A stretch of 64,000 nt of DNA from Candidatus Eiseniibacteriota bacterium. GTDB taxonomy: Bacteria > Eisenbacteria > RBG-16-71-46 > JABDJR01. The position numbers and the translations under genes are program-made. The notes below the pieces were generated by a model, which was not told the origin of the DNA, did no database searches, and saw nothing but the letters and a program-made list of their open reading frames with translations. Where the stretch lies: the NCBI GenBank assembly GCA_963768615.1, contig CAVYIE010000004.1:624406-688405 (forward strand). The letters run 5' to 3'. This document shows, in pieces, positions 38,363 to 48,122 of this stretch; within the stretch, counting starts at the first letter, position 1; each line of letters starts with the position of its first letter.

Positions 38363-40009
38363 GTGTCGTTCCTGAGCCGCGTATTCGGGCGGTGGGGGAA
38401 CCCCCATTACGCCCGGGGGATCATGCACTTCAACCGCCGCGAGTACGCGGAGGCGGTGGCCGAGTTCGAGGCGCTCCTGGCCGAGAGCCGGGATCCCTCG
38501 AACCCGGACGTGGAGCTGGCCCGGTTCTACTCCGCCGAGGCCCACACCAAGCTGGGCCTGGCCCTGTACCGCAAGGGGGACTACGAGCGGGCGGAGGAGC
38601 AATTCCGCGCCGCCCTGGAGGTGGAGGACAGCTACCCCGACCTCCACTACTACCTGGCCGTGCTGGCCGAGCGCCGGGGGCTTCCCGCCGAGGCGCGGCC
38701 CCACCTGGACCGGGCCCTGGAGCTCAATCCCCGCTACGTGGAGGCCCTGGCCTACCGGGCCATCGTGCACGAGGCGCTGGGGAACTCCGAGGCCGCCGGG
38801 GCGGATCTCCGGGCGCTGTCCGCCCTGGAATTCCAGCTTCCCCCCTCCATCAATCTCCAGTCCCGGGCCCCCCTCCCCACCCACGCCCTGGAGGACCTGC
38901 GGCGGGCGGTGGAGGACCGGAGCCGGGACGACGACCACCTGACCCGGGCCCTGGAGGCCTACGACCGCGGCGACCTCGATGCGGCCCGGGAGGCCCTGGA
39001 GACGGCGGTGGAGGAGAAGCCCGCCTACGCCGACCTGCGCTGCCGCTACGGGCAGGTCCTGGCCGAGCTGGGCCGCCACCAGGCCGCGGTGGCCGCCTTC
39101 GACGCCGCCCTGGAGCGGAATCCCGACTACATGGAGGCCCTGCTCTCCCGGGGACGGTCGCTGCTGGTCCTGGACCGCCCCACCGAGGCCCTGGGCTCCT
39201 TCCGCCACGCCGCGGGGCTCCGGCCCGGCTATGCCGACGTGGCCTGCTACGAGGGGGAGGCGGCGCTCCGGGCCGGCCGCCCGGGGGAAGGCGCCGAGGC
39301 CCTGACCCGGGCCCTCGACCTCAACCCGGGCTTCGCCCGGGCCCGGTTCGTCCTCGGCCAGGTGAAGCTGGCCCTGGGTGACCGTGAGGGGGCCCTGGTG
39401 GAGCTGCGCCGGGCCCTGGAGGCGGACCGGAAGCTCAGCCCCGCCTACCTGGGAGCGATCCACCTGGACCGGGGGGAGTTCTCCGACGCGGTGGAACTCC
39501 TGGCCGCGGCGGTGGAGGTCCATCCCGACTACGCCGATCTCCGGGTGCAGCTGGGGCTGGCCCACCTGGGCTCGGGGCGGGTGGACGAGGCCCGGGAGCA
39601 GTTCGCGGCCGCGGCCGGGATCCACCCCGGCTACGTGATGGCCCACGTGAACCTGGGAAAGACCGAGGTCCGGGCCGGACGCCCCGCGGAGGCGGTTCCC
39701 CACCTGGAGCGGGCCCTGGCCCTGGAGCCCAAGCTGGCCGACGTCCACCGCCTCCTGGGGGAGGTGCGGATGGCGTTGGGGAACGACGGCGGGGCCGAGG
39801 AGTCGTTCGTGGACGCCCTGGCCCTGAACCCCAACTACGCCGACGCGCTGCTCGGCTTGGGCATGCTCCGCCGCCGCCAGGGGCGGGACGCGGAGGGCCG
39901 CAAGCTCATCGAACGGGTCTTGGAGCTGGCCCCGGGGAACCCGGTGGCGCTGGCTCTCCTGGGACGGATCGAGGGGGGAGGGGGAGCGGAGGCGTCGGAG
40001 GCGGGTTGA
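38363..40009 (+). CDS. TPR-repeat protein
   Basis: More than ten TPR-like units with recurrent P-x-Y-A-D-L turns; GGAGG RBS; 48 bp after ftsZ. Confidence 0.85.
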   Translation: MSFLSRVFGRWGNPHYARGIMHFNRREYAEAVAEFEALLAESRDPSNPDVELARFYSAEAHTKLGLALYRKGDYERAEEQFRAALEVEDSYPDLHYYLAVLAERRGLPAEARPHLDRALELNPRYVEALAYRAIVHEALGNSEAAGADLRALSALEFQLPPSINLQSRAPLPTHALEDLRRAVEDRSRDDDHLTRALEAYDRGDLDAAREALETAVEEKPAYADLRCRYGQVLAELGRHQAAVAAFDAALERNPDYMEALLSRGRSLLVLDRPTEALGSFRHAAGLRPGYADVACYEGEAALRAGRPGEGAEALTRALDLNPGFARARFVLGQVKLALGDREGALVELRRALEADRKLSPAYLGAIHLDRGEFSDAVELLAAAVEVHPDYADLRVQLGLAHLGSGRVDEAREQFAAAAGIHPGYVMAHVNLGKTEVRAGRPAEAVPHLERALALEPKLADVHRLLGEVRMALGNDGGAEESFVDALALNPNYADALLGLGMLRRRQGRDAEGRKLIERVLELAPGNPVALALLGRIEGGGGAEASEAG

Positions 40010-40024
40010 GGCGGGCCGCCGGGA

Positions 40025-40243
40025 CTACGCTTCGGCGGCCGCCCGCGGGGTCCGCACGTTCTTCTGGACCTTCCCCGAACGCAGGCAGCGGGTGCAGACC
40101 CGGATCTTCTTGGGGGTCCCGTCCACGATCGCCCGCACCGCCTGGAGATTGGGCTCCCACCGGCGGCGCGAGGTGTTGTGGGCGTGACTGACCTTGTTGC
40201 CGTAAACCGGTCCCTTGCCGCAGATGTCGCAAGCCTTGGCCAT
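40025..40243 (-). CDS. rpmB: 50S ribosomal protein L28 (form with two CxxC motifs)
   Basis: MAKACDICGKGPVYGNKVSHAHN..RRRWEPNLQ...VCTRCLRSG. Confidence 0.96.
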   Translation of the reverse strand: MAKACDICGKGPVYGNKVSHAHNTSRRRWEPNLQAVRAIVDGTPKKIRVCTRCLRSGKVQKNVRTPRAAAEA

Positions 40244-40381
40244 GATCGAACTCCTTTTCCGGACCGGGCCCCGACCTGGACCCGGCGCAAAGCCGGAAGA
40301 GCGTAGCACACCCCGGGTCCGCACTCAACCGGCGGATGGCGGCCGTTGTCAGCGCCCCGGCCCCGCCCGTACCCTGTCTCC

Positions 40382-42532
40382 ATGATCCCCACCGCCCCCC
40401 CTCCCGGCCCTCCCGAGACCGCCCCGGTGACCGTCCTGGCCGGGGTGGGGAAGACCGCGGCCGAGGCCCTGGAGCGCCTGGACGTCCGGACCCTGGAGGA
40501 CCTCCTCCGCCACTATCCGGTCCGGTGGGTGGACCGGCGCGAGATCCGCCCCCTGGGCGGGTTCACCCGGGCCGACGCCGCCGCCATGGAGCAGGGAGAG
40601 GACGGCCGGGTCCGGAAGGCGGTGTTCACCACCCTGGGCACGGTGGCCCGGGTGGAGAAGAAGGGGTTCAAGAAGTCCGAGCGCCTGGTGGTCACCCTCA
40701 CCGACGGCACGGGATCGGTGCCGATGGTCTTCTTCGGCGGGGTTTGGCGCCGCTCCCAGTTCCAGCCGGGGGACAAGGTCCTGGTCTCGGGCCCGGTCGG
40801 CTGGTACCGGGGCGGCGCCCAGTTCACCTCCCCCGAGTACGAGCTCCTGACCGACCTCGAGGAGAGCGAGATCCACACCGGCCGGCTGTACCCGGTGTAT
40901 CCGTCCACCCGGGGGGTCTCCCAGCGGAACCTCCGGACCTGGGTGCGGGCGGCCCTGGAGCGCACCCTCCCCACCCTGGCCGACCCGCTGCCGGAGGAGA
41001 TCCGCCTCCGCTACAAGCTGCTCCCCCTGGGCCCCGCCCTGGAGGGGATCCACTTTCCCGCCTCGCCGGAGGCGCGGGACGCCGCCCGCCGCCGGCTGGC
41101 CTTCGAGGAGATCTTCCTCGACCAGCTCTTCGTCCACGCGGTGCGGCTGCGGCGGGACCACGGCAAGGTGGCGGAGCGGATCCCCGGCCACGGCCCGCTC
41201 TTCCGGCGGATTCGGGCCTCGCTTCCCTTCCGGCTCACCCCCGACCAGGACCGGGTCCTGGACGAGATCCTCGAGGACCTGGACTCGGGACGGCCCATGA
41301 ACCGGCTGCTCCAGGGGGACGTGGGCTCGGGGAAGACGGTGGTGGCCTTCCTGGCCGCGGTGGCCGCCGCCGACGCGGGCATCCAGACCGCGTTCATGGT
41401 GCCGACCGAGATCCTGGCCGAGCAGCACCTGCGCAACCTCCGGGAGCTGGGCGCCCCCTTCGGGCTCGAGCCCAGGCTCCTGACCGGGAGCCTGAGCGGC
41501 CCCGCCCGGCGCGAGGTGCTGCGGGGGCTGGCCGACGGGAGCACCCCCCTCGTGGTGGGAACCCACGCCCTGTTCCAGGACGAGGTGCGCTTCCACCGCC
41601 TGGGCCTGGTGGTGGTGGACGAACAGCACCGCTTCGGGGTCATGCAGCGGGTGGCGCTCCTGGAGAAGGGCTCCGCCCCCCACGTGCTGGTCATGTCGGC
41701 CACTCCCATCCCCCGCAGCCTGGCCCTGGTCCGCTACGCGGACCTGGAGCTCTCGGTGATCCGCCACCGCCCCGCCGGCCGCGGCCGGGTGATCACCCGG
41801 GTCACCCCGGAGCACAAACGGCCCGCGGTCTACGAGTTCCTGGCCGAACGATTGCAGGAGGGACGCCAGGCTTTTATCGTTTATCCTCTGGTCGAGGAGT
41901 CGGAGAAGTCGGATCTCAAGGCGGCCGCGGTCATGGCCAAGCGCCTGGCCGCCCGCCCGGAGTTCCGGGGGTTCGGGGTGGCCCTGCTCCACGGCCAGAT
42001 GAAGCCGGAGGAGAAGGAGGCGGCCATGGCCCGGTTCGTCTCCGGCGAGATGCGGGTGCTGGTGGCGACCACGGTGGTGGAGGTGGGCATCGACGTGCCC
42101 AACGCCTCCTTCCTGATCATCGAGCACCCGGAGCGCTACGGGCTGAGCCAGCTCCACCAGCTCCGGGGCCGGGTGGGCCGGGGGAGCCACACGTCCTATT
42201 GCGTCCTCATGCTGGGCGAGAAGCTGGACCCCGGGACCCGGGAACGCCTGGAGCGGTTCGCGGCCATCGAGGACGGGTTCGCCCTGGCCGAGCTCGACCT
42301 GTCCCTCCGTGGCCAGGGCGACGTGGCCGGAGTGCGGCAGAGCGGCCGGCCGGGCTACAAGCTGGTCGATCCGCGCCGCGACGTGAAGATGATCGAGGTG
42401 GCGCGCACCGAGGCGCGCCGGGCGCTGGAAGGGGATGCCTTCTCCGGCGGGTGGGGTCCGGACTGGGAACCGCTCCGGAGACGCCTGCGGGCGCTGCTCG
42501 AGGCGGCGGGCCCCCTGGTGGACGCGGGTTGA
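40382..42532 (+). CDS. recG: ATP-dependent DNA helicase RecG
   Basis: RRLAFEE, LQGDVGSGKT, VDEQHRFGV, MSATPIPR and SQLHQLRGRVGRG motifs. Confidence 0.96.
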   Translation: MIPTAPPPGPPETAPVTVLAGVGKTAAEALERLDVRTLEDLLRHYPVRWVDRREIRPLGGFTRADAAAMEQGEDGRVRKAVFTTLGTVARVEKKGFKKSERLVVTLTDGTGSVPMVFFGGVWRRSQFQPGDKVLVSGPVGWYRGGAQFTSPEYELLTDLEESEIHTGRLYPVYPSTRGVSQRNLRTWVRAALERTLPTLADPLPEEIRLRYKLLPLGPALEGIHFPASPEARDAARRRLAFEEIFLDQLFVHAVRLRRDHGKVAERIPGHGPLFRRIRASLPFRLTPDQDRVLDEILEDLDSGRPMNRLLQGDVGSGKTVVAFLAAVAAADAGIQTAFMVPTEILAEQHLRNLRELGAPFGLEPRLLTGSLSGPARREVLRGLADGSTPLVVGTHALFQDEVRFHRLGLVVVDEQHRFGVMQRVALLEKGSAPHVLVMSATPIPRSLALVRYADLELSVIRHRPAGRGRVITRVTPEHKRPAVYEFLAERLQEGRQAFIVYPLVEESEKSDLKAAAVMAKRLAARPEFRGFGVALLHGQMKPEEKEAAMARFVSGEMRVLVATTVVEVGIDVPNASFLIIEHPERYGLSQLHQLRGRVGRGSHTSYCVLMLGEKLDPGTRERLERFAAIEDGFALAELDLSLRGQGDVAGVRQSGRPGYKLVDPRRDVKMIEVARTEARRALEGDAFSGGWGPDWEPLRRRLRALLEAAGPLVDAG

Positions 42533-42546
42533 ATGGAGGGCCGATC

Positions 42547-43053
42547 ATGATCCTTCGCTGTCCGGACTGCCGCTCGACCTACGAGGTGGCCGGCGACCGG
42601 GTGCCGGAGCCGGGGCAGAAGCTCCGCTGTCCCCGCTGCAAGGCGGTGTTCCCGGTGGCCTCGGCGGTGCAGGCGGACGCCGGGGCGACGTCGCCGGGGG
42701 GCCCCGTCCCGGCGCTCCCGCCCGGTCCCGGGGCCCGTAGCGCCTCGGAGCCCTCCCCCGATCCCCAGCCCCGGCCCGAGGCCCCGGCGCCCGCCCCGCC
42801 CCGGCCCCGGATCGTGGATCCCGCCCTGGCCCGGCGCATGGCCCGGGCCATGATCTCCGAGATGGTCCTGAACCGCCGCAGCGAACGGGACGAGGCCCTG
42901 CGCCGGGAGGAACTCCTCCTGCGTTTCGGGCCCGCCATCGCCGGCGCCTTCGACGTCTACCGGGGGAAGGTGTCCCCGGATCTCGACGCGGGCCCCCGGC
43001 TCTTCCGGGAGGCGGTCAACGAGATCCTGGGCGAGGGGCAGCCGATCCTTTGA
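42547..43053 (+). CDS. Zinc-ribbon (MJ0042-type) protein with Pro-rich linker and helical C-terminal domain
   Basis: CPDC...CPRC; GGAGG RBS; C-terminal ARRMARAMISEMVL...AVNEILGEG. Confidence 0.8.
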   Translation: MILRCPDCRSTYEVAGDRVPEPGQKLRCPRCKAVFPVASAVQADAGATSPGGPVPALPPGPGARSASEPSPDPQPRPEAPAPAPPRPRIVDPALARRMARAMISEMVLNRRSERDEALRREELLLRFGPAIAGAFDVYRGKVSPDLDAGPRLFREAVNEILGEGQPIL

Positions 43054-43960
43054 AGTCCGGCAGGGGAATCTCGCAGGCCGGCCCGTAGGCCCCCACCTGC
43101 CCGCACTCCCCCGCGTTCTCCGCCGAGCACCGGGAGTCCCGGCGCAGGGTGTAGACGTGGTGTTCCAGGTCGCAGAAGAGCGGGTCGTCGCTGAAGTCGC
43201 TCTCCGGGGCGGTGCAGTCAAGGTAGCCGCCGTTGGCGTTGTCGACCACGTCGTTGCACCCGCTGCTGTCGGCCAGGCTCGCCCCCTCCATGCAGGCCAG
43301 CCCGTAGTTGGCCGACCGGTAGACGATGGAGTTCCGGACGTCGGCCGCGGCGCCGCCGCGGGCCCGGATGCCGCAGTCCCCGGCCTGATCGATGGTGGTG
43401 CGGCGGCAGAGGAGGGCTGTCTTCCCGGTCACGTCCAGGGAGAAGGTGCCCGCCCCCCGCATGAGGTTGTCCTCGGCGGTGATCCGGACGCCCGATCCCG
43501 ACCCCATCCCCAGCACCTGGACCCCGCCTCCCACGAAGGCGCAGTCGCGCAGGGTGATCGCCCCCGATCCCGCGACCACCACGCCGGTGTCGGCGCCGGC
43601 CAGGGTCACGCCCTCCACCCGGGTGCCGGCCCGGGGGCTCTCGAACCGGAGGAGGGCCCGGAACAGCGGCCCCTGGAGGGTGGGATGGTTCTTGGAGCCC
43701 CGGATGACCAGGGGGGTCTGGGCGGATCGGAAGGTGACCGTCCCCGAGGCCGGCGCGGCCGGCCCGATGATGAGCAGGGTGTCGCCCGCGGCCATCGAAT
43801 CCGGGGCCTGGTCCAGGCTCAGGTCGGTGGGAACCAGGAAGACCCGGCCGGTGGCCGGGATCCGGGGCCGGGTGGTCCCGTCATCGTTGCACCCGGTCGC
43901 GAGCAGGAGGCCCAGACCGGCGAAGGCGAGGGCGATTCCGAAAGCGATGCGTCCGATCAT
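43016..43960 (-). CDS. Right-handed beta-helix lipoprotein
   Basis: LATGC lipobox; short beta repeats; C-terminal DPLFCD...YTL..DSRC...GAYGPAC. Confidence 0.75.
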   Translation of the reverse strand: MIGRIAFGIALAFAGLGLLLATGCNDDGTTRPRIPATGRVFLVPTDLSLDQAPDSMAAGDTLLIIGPAAPASGTVTFRSAQTPLVIRGSKNHPTLQGPLFRALLRFESPRAGTRVEGVTLAGADTGVVVAGSGAITLRDCAFVGGGVQVLGMGSGSGVRITAEDNLMRGAGTFSLDVTGKTALLCRRTTIDQAGDCGIRARGGAAADVRNSIVYRSANYGLACMEGASLADSSGCNDVVDNANGGYLDCTAPESDFSDDPLFCDLEHHVYTLRRDSRCSAENAGECGQVGAYGPACEIPLPDFKGSAAPRPGSR

Positions 43961-44190
43961 GAGGATCCTCCGCCAAGCCCAGGGGATAGACGCTGCCCCC
44001 GGGGGCGGCCCCGGGGCCGCCCTTCACGGGGGGGAGGGCGGCCGTGCGCCCGGAAGGAGCCCGAGCAGTATAGCCGACGGGCCGGGGGAGCAAAAGGAAC
44101 CGGCCCCGTGGGGGGGGCCGGTTCGAGGTCTGCCGCGGGGGGCGCCGGGCCGATCGGGGGGCGGAGGGAGGTTCGGAGCCTCCGCCGGGA

Positions 44191-44808
44191 TCAGTCCTTG
44201 ACGCTGCTGGCGAGCAGGGAACGCACCTCGGGGGCGACCATCTCGGAGCGGGTCACCAGGAGCAGGCGCAGCTCGTCGGCGCCGACGTTCCGGATGACCT
44301 GGTCCTTCTGGGCCTTCACGAAGATGGAATCTCCCGGATCCACCACGTAGTTGTCGCCCTGGATCTGGACCTCGCACTTCCCGCGCAGCACGTAGAGGAA
44401 GTACTCGTCCGGCACGCTCGGCCGGGGGTTCAGCCGCAGCTCGCCCGAGGCCAGCTCCAGGAACAGTACGTTGAAGGCGCCGGAGTTGGAGCGCGCGGTC
44501 AGGACCTCGACCGAGACGTTCTCCTGGGTGTTGAGGACCTTGCGCCCCTTGCCCTTGCGGACCAGCTCGACCTCCTTCATGCGCTCGTCCTCGAAGAACT
44601 CGGTCATGGGGACGTTGAGGGCCTGGGCGATCCGGTGCAGGGTGGCCAGGGAGGGGGACGAAACCCCGCGCTCGATGGTCGAGATCTGGCCGTTGGTGAT
44701 GCCGACCTGCTGGGCCAGCTCCAACTGGGTCAGGTTCTGCTCCTTGCGCAGTTTGCGGAGCTTCTGGCCCAGATACATCATGTGAACTCTCTCGTCATTC
44801 GTGTACAT
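44191..44808 (-). CDS. XRE-family HTH plus cupin transcriptional regulator
   Basis: LRKLRKEQNLTQLELA...ISTIERGVSSPSLATL; cupin EYFLYVLRG; start may be 44781-44808. Confidence 0.9.
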   Translation of the reverse strand: MYTNDERVHMMYLGQKLRKLRKEQNLTQLELAQQVGITNGQISTIERGVSSPSLATLHRIAQALNVPMTEFFEDERMKEVELVRKGKGRKVLNTQENVSVEVLTARSNSGAFNVLFLELASGELRLNPRPSVPDEYFLYVLRGKCEVQIQGDNYVVDPGDSIFVKAQKDQVIRNVGADELRLLLVTRSEMVAPEVRSLLASSVKD

Positions 44809-44898
44809 CGCGTTTCTCCGTAGCAGCCCGTTGCCAAGTCCGGGGGAAAAGGGCCCGACCGACCCTTGCTCCTACATGTAGAACCATCCCTCCTATAT

Positions 44899-44913
44899 TC
44901 ATATTCCGTGCCA
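44899..44913 (-). promoter_or_regulatory. Candidate variant sigma54 promoter for the XRE regulator
   Basis: TGGCACG-GAAT-ATGA: perfect -24 element, -12 GC replaced by GA. Confidence 0.4.
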
Positions 44914-45018
44914 ACTTCGGAGGGGGTCTGCAAGAAACAGTAACCAGCTTTGAGACAAAGAATTACAAAAGACGAGGATCGAGTGGACTATGAACCTGGA
45001 CAATCGAGATTGAAAGAT

Positions 45019-46374
45019 TCATGAGGAAGGCGAGGAAGTTTCTTTCAAGCCGTATTCCCGGATCTTCTTGCGCAGGGTGGGGCGCGAGACCCCCAGCACC
45101 TCGCAGGCGCGCCCCTGGTGCCACCCCACCGCGTCCAGAACCCGGTGCACGTGTTCGGCCTCCACCTCCTGCAGGCTCCGGAGCGGCGAGGGATGGGGCG
45201 ACTCGGTGAGGAGGGCTTCCTCCAGGCTCTTGGAGGGGAGTTCCAGCACCTCCCCCTTGCTCAGCACCACCGCCCGGGTGAGGACGTTCTCCAGTTCCCG
45301 GACGTTTCCCCGCCAGTCGTAGCGGACCAGCTGGGCCATGGTGTCGTCGGGGATCTTGTAGACCTCCTTGTGCACCTCGGTGTTGATCTTCTGGAGGAAG
45401 TGCTCGACCAGGAGGGGTATGTCCTCCCTCCGTTCCCGCAGCGGCGGCACGTGCACGGTGATGACCTTGAGGCGGTAGTAGAGGTCCTCGCGGAAGTTCC
45501 CGGCCGCGACCAGCGCCTCCAGGTTCCGGTTGGTGGCGGTCACCACCCGGGCATCGGTGTGCAGCACGTCGCTCCCCCCCACCCGGGTGAACTCCCGCTC
45601 CTGGAGTACCCGCAGGACCTTGGTCTGGAGGTTGGGCGACATGTCGCCGATCTCGTCCAGGAACATGGTGCCCTTGCCGGCCAGCTCGAACTTCCCCGGC
45701 TTGCGGTAGCTGGCCCCGGTGAAGGCCCCCTTCTCGTGGCCGAAGAGCTCGCTCTCCAGCAGGGTGTCCACGATGGCCGAGCAGTTGACCGAGATGAAGG
45801 GCTCGGCGGGGGAGGCGTTGGCGTGGATGGCGTGGGCCACCAGCTCCTTGCCGGTTCCGCTCTCGCCGGTGATGAGGACGGTGGTGTTGCTGGAGGAGAC
45901 CACCCCGATGGTCTTGTAGATCTCCAGCATCGGCTTGCTCTTGCCCACCAGCACGTGCTGCTTCACCGGCTCGCTGCGTTCGGCCTGGAGCCGGGACACG
46001 GCCTGGGTGAGCCGGCGGTTCTCCCGGGCCTTGTTGACCACGATCTCCAGCTTCTCGGGATCGAAGGGCTTGTCGATGTAGTCGAAGGCCCCGTGCTGCA
46101 TGGCCGCCACCGTGGTTTCCATGTCCTGGTAGGCGGTGATCATGATCACGTAGGCGTCGGCGTCCATGCGCCGGATCTCGCTCAGGACCTCGAGGCCGGT
46201 CCCGTCGGGAAGCCGCACGTCGCAGATCACGTAGTTCGGTTTGACCTCCTGGAACAACCGCAGACCCTCGGCCTTGGAGAGGGCGGTGTGGGTCTCGAAG
46301 TTCTTGCTCCGGAAGAACAGGGAGAGCTCCCGGCAGAGGTTGGTCTCGTCGTCGATGATCAGCAGGCGTTCCAT
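45019..46374 (-). CDS. NtrC-family sigma54-dependent response regulator
   Basis: Receiver domain (IDDE, CDVRLP), [14 protein letters not shown], Fis-type HTH. Confidence 0.95.
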   Translation of the reverse strand: MERLLIIDDETNLCRELSLFFRSKNFETHTALSKAEGLRLFQEVKPNYVICDVRLPDGTGLEVLSEIRRMDADAYVIMITAYQDMETTVAAMQHGAFDYIDKPFDPEKLEIVVNKARENRRLTQAVSRLQAERSEPVKQHVLVGKSKPMLEIYKTIGVVSSSNTTVLITGESGTGKELVAHAIHANASPAEPFISVNCSAIVDTLLESELFGHEKGAFTGASYRKPGKFELAGKGTMFLDEIGDMSPNLQTKVLRVLQEREFTRVGGSDVLHTDARVVTATNRNLEALVAAGNFREDLYYRLKVITVHVPPLRERREDIPLLVEHFLQKINTEVHKEVYKIPDDTMAQLVRYDWRGNVRELENVLTRAVVLSKGEVLELPSKSLEEALLTESPHPSPLRSLQEVEAEHVHRVLDAVGWHQGRACEVLGVSRPTLRKKIREYGLKETSSPSS

Positions 46375-46375
46375 G

Positions 46376-47527
46376 TCAGGCCTCATCGATCGGGGTCTCG
46401 GGCAGCCGGAGCGTCACCGTGGTTCCCCGTCCGGGAGTGGACTCCAGGTTCACCGTACCCCCGTGGAGGATCATGATCCTCTGCACGTTGGACAATCCCA
46501 GGCCGAGCTGCTGGGACGTGGTCGAGAAGAAGGGCTCGAAGACCCGGGCCTGGAGGTGGGGGGCGACGCCCGGCCCGTTGTCCCGCACCTCGACCAGCCA
46601 GTGGGTGCCCGCGGGGGCCGGCTGTCGCTTGACCACCACGTGCACCTCCCCCTTGTTCTCCATGGCCTCGGAGGCGTTCTGGACCACCTGGCTCACCGCC
46701 TGGGCGAACTGGCCGGGGTCGAGACGCAGCCGGGGCCCCGTCCGGGGGAACTGGCGGAAGAGGGCCACCGACTTCAGGGCCAGGGTGGGGCGCACGTCCT
46801 CGAGGCCCCGGTTGATGACCTCGATCAGGTTCAGGTTCTCGAAGCGCGGCTTGGGGGGGCGGGCGTAGTTGACCAGGGTGCGCAGGAAGAGCTCGATGCG
46901 GTTGGTCTCCTCCCGGGCGATGGAGAAATGGAGCGCCTCGTCCCCGACCGGGTCCCGTCCGTCCTCGAGCATGTAGAGGCTCATCTTGATCGCGGACAGG
47001 TGGTTCCGGATCTCGTGGGCCATGTTGTGGGCGATGAGGCCGAGGGTTCCGAGCTTCTCCTCGGCCACCAGCCGCTGCTGGAAGGCCCGCTGCTCGGTGA
47101 TGTCCCGGGCCACCCACACCAGCATGGGCGGCCCCCCCGACCGGCTCTGGAGGAGGGTGGTCTCCAGGAAGACCGGGAAGCTCGAGCCGTCCTTGCGGAA
47201 CCCGGTGCTCTCCCCCTTCCACCCTCCCCGCCCCGCTTCCCGGAGCAGGGCCTTGAATTCCCGGGGCTCCAGGGTGGGGCCGTTCAGGATCTCGATGCTC
47301 TGCCCGATGAGTTCCCCCAGTTCGTAGCCGAGGGCGTTGATGATGCGCCGGTTGACGTAGAGCAGCCGGCCCTCCAGGTCGGTGGCGGCGATGCCGACCG
47401 GGACCCCCTCCATGATCAGGAAGAGGTCCTCCACCTCCCGAGAGAGGGGGGCGTCCGGGCGGACTCTGGACCGGGAAAGTTGTTTTCCAATGGCCGGCCT
47501 TTCGGGCTCCGATGGAGCGAATTCCAA
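46376..47527 (-). CDS. Cytoplasmic PAS sensor histidine kinase (start uncertain)
   Basis: PAS domain (LLYVN), H-box AHEIRN, DNGPG, FEPFFST and GLGLS motifs; no TM segment seen. Confidence 0.9.
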   Translation of the reverse strand: MEFAPSEPERPAIGKQLSRSRVRPDAPLSREVEDLFLIMEGVPVGIAATDLEGRLLYVNRRIINALGYELGELIGQSIEILNGPTLEPREFKALLREAGRGGWKGESTGFRKDGSSFPVFLETTLLQSRSGGPPMLVWVARDITEQRAFQQRLVAEEKLGTLGLIAHNMAHEIRNHLSAIKMSLYMLEDGRDPVGDEALHFSIAREETNRIELFLRTLVNYARPPKPRFENLNLIEVINRGLEDVRPTLALKSVALFRQFPRTGPRLRLDPGQFAQAVSQVVQNASEAMENKGEVHVVVKRQPAPAGTHWLVEVRDNGPGVAPHLQARVFEPFFSTTSQQLGLGLSNVQRIMILHGGTVNLESTPGRGTTVTLRLPETPIDEA

Positions 47528-47612
47528 TATCGTCCTAAAGATAGAGGGGCGAAGTTGGATTCTTCAAGGCAAAGCGTGACCGGCGAGGGGGGGAGCCGGG
47601 AGGCGGGGGGGG

Positions 47613-47804
47613 TCAGCTCTGGGGCGGGGTGGGGTCGGCCACCACCGGCGCCGGGGCGTAGCCCGCATAGGCGGGGCAGTTCCGACGGATCGGGCAGCTG
47701 GGCGGACCCTGGGTCATGGGACAGGACCCCACCACCCGGTTGTGATGGCGGCAGTAGAAGGAATGAACCGGGGTGTCGGCGCCGCTCCGCTTGAACTTGA
47801 ACAT
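47613..47804 (-). CDS. 63-aa Cys/His-rich small protein
   Basis: MFKFKRSGADTPVHSFYCRHHNRVVGSCPMTQGPPSCPIRRNCPAYAGYAPAPVVADPTPPQS; GGAGG RBS; high GC3; lies just downstream of a sigma54 site. Confidence 0.7.
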   Translation of the reverse strand: MFKFKRSGADTPVHSFYCRHHNRVVGSCPMTQGPPSCPIRRNCPAYAGYAPAPVVADPTPPQS

Positions 47805-47852
47805 GCCCGTCGTGCCTCCGCCTGGATGCTGGTGGGTGATGCCCCCCTTCAA

Positions 47853-47868
47853 TGCAACTTGCGTGCCG
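47853..47868 (-). promoter_or_regulatory. sigma54 promoter
   Basis: CGGCACG-CAAG-TTGCA on the minus strand. Confidence 0.85.
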
Positions 47869-48095
47869 ACGCCGGGTTGAGGGATCGAGGCCGGGGCCGG
47901 CCGCCGTGCGGGATCGGGTAAGCGGCCGTGTCCAAAAGGGTTGTGTCCTGGGGGGCGTTCTCCGGGGCCTCGGGGGGACGGTCGGTGAGGCCGCAGTTCG
48001 CCCGGGCGGGCCGGGCAGGAATCCACCGCGGCGGCGCGAAACCACCCGATCGGGCCGGGAACGGCCCCGCCGGCGAGATTCCTCCCCGCCCCGCT

Positions 48096-48122
48096 TCAAG
48101 TCCGCCTCCGCCCCGCCGATAG
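48096..48122 (+). promoter_or_regulatory. sigma28 (FliA) promoter upstream of the MglA-like gene
   Basis: TCAAG-N14-GCCGATAG, 74 bp before ATG 48197. Confidence 0.8.

Noticed and set aside
44820-44836. Additional sigma54-like sites (44820s minus, 44930s minus, 62255-62267)
   Set aside because: GG-to-GC spacing is off by 1-2 nt, which sigma54 does not tolerate
47587-47634. G-quadruplex-forming G-runs between the microprotein and the kinase
   Set aside because: The pattern is present, but G-runs are frequent at this GC content and there is no independent support
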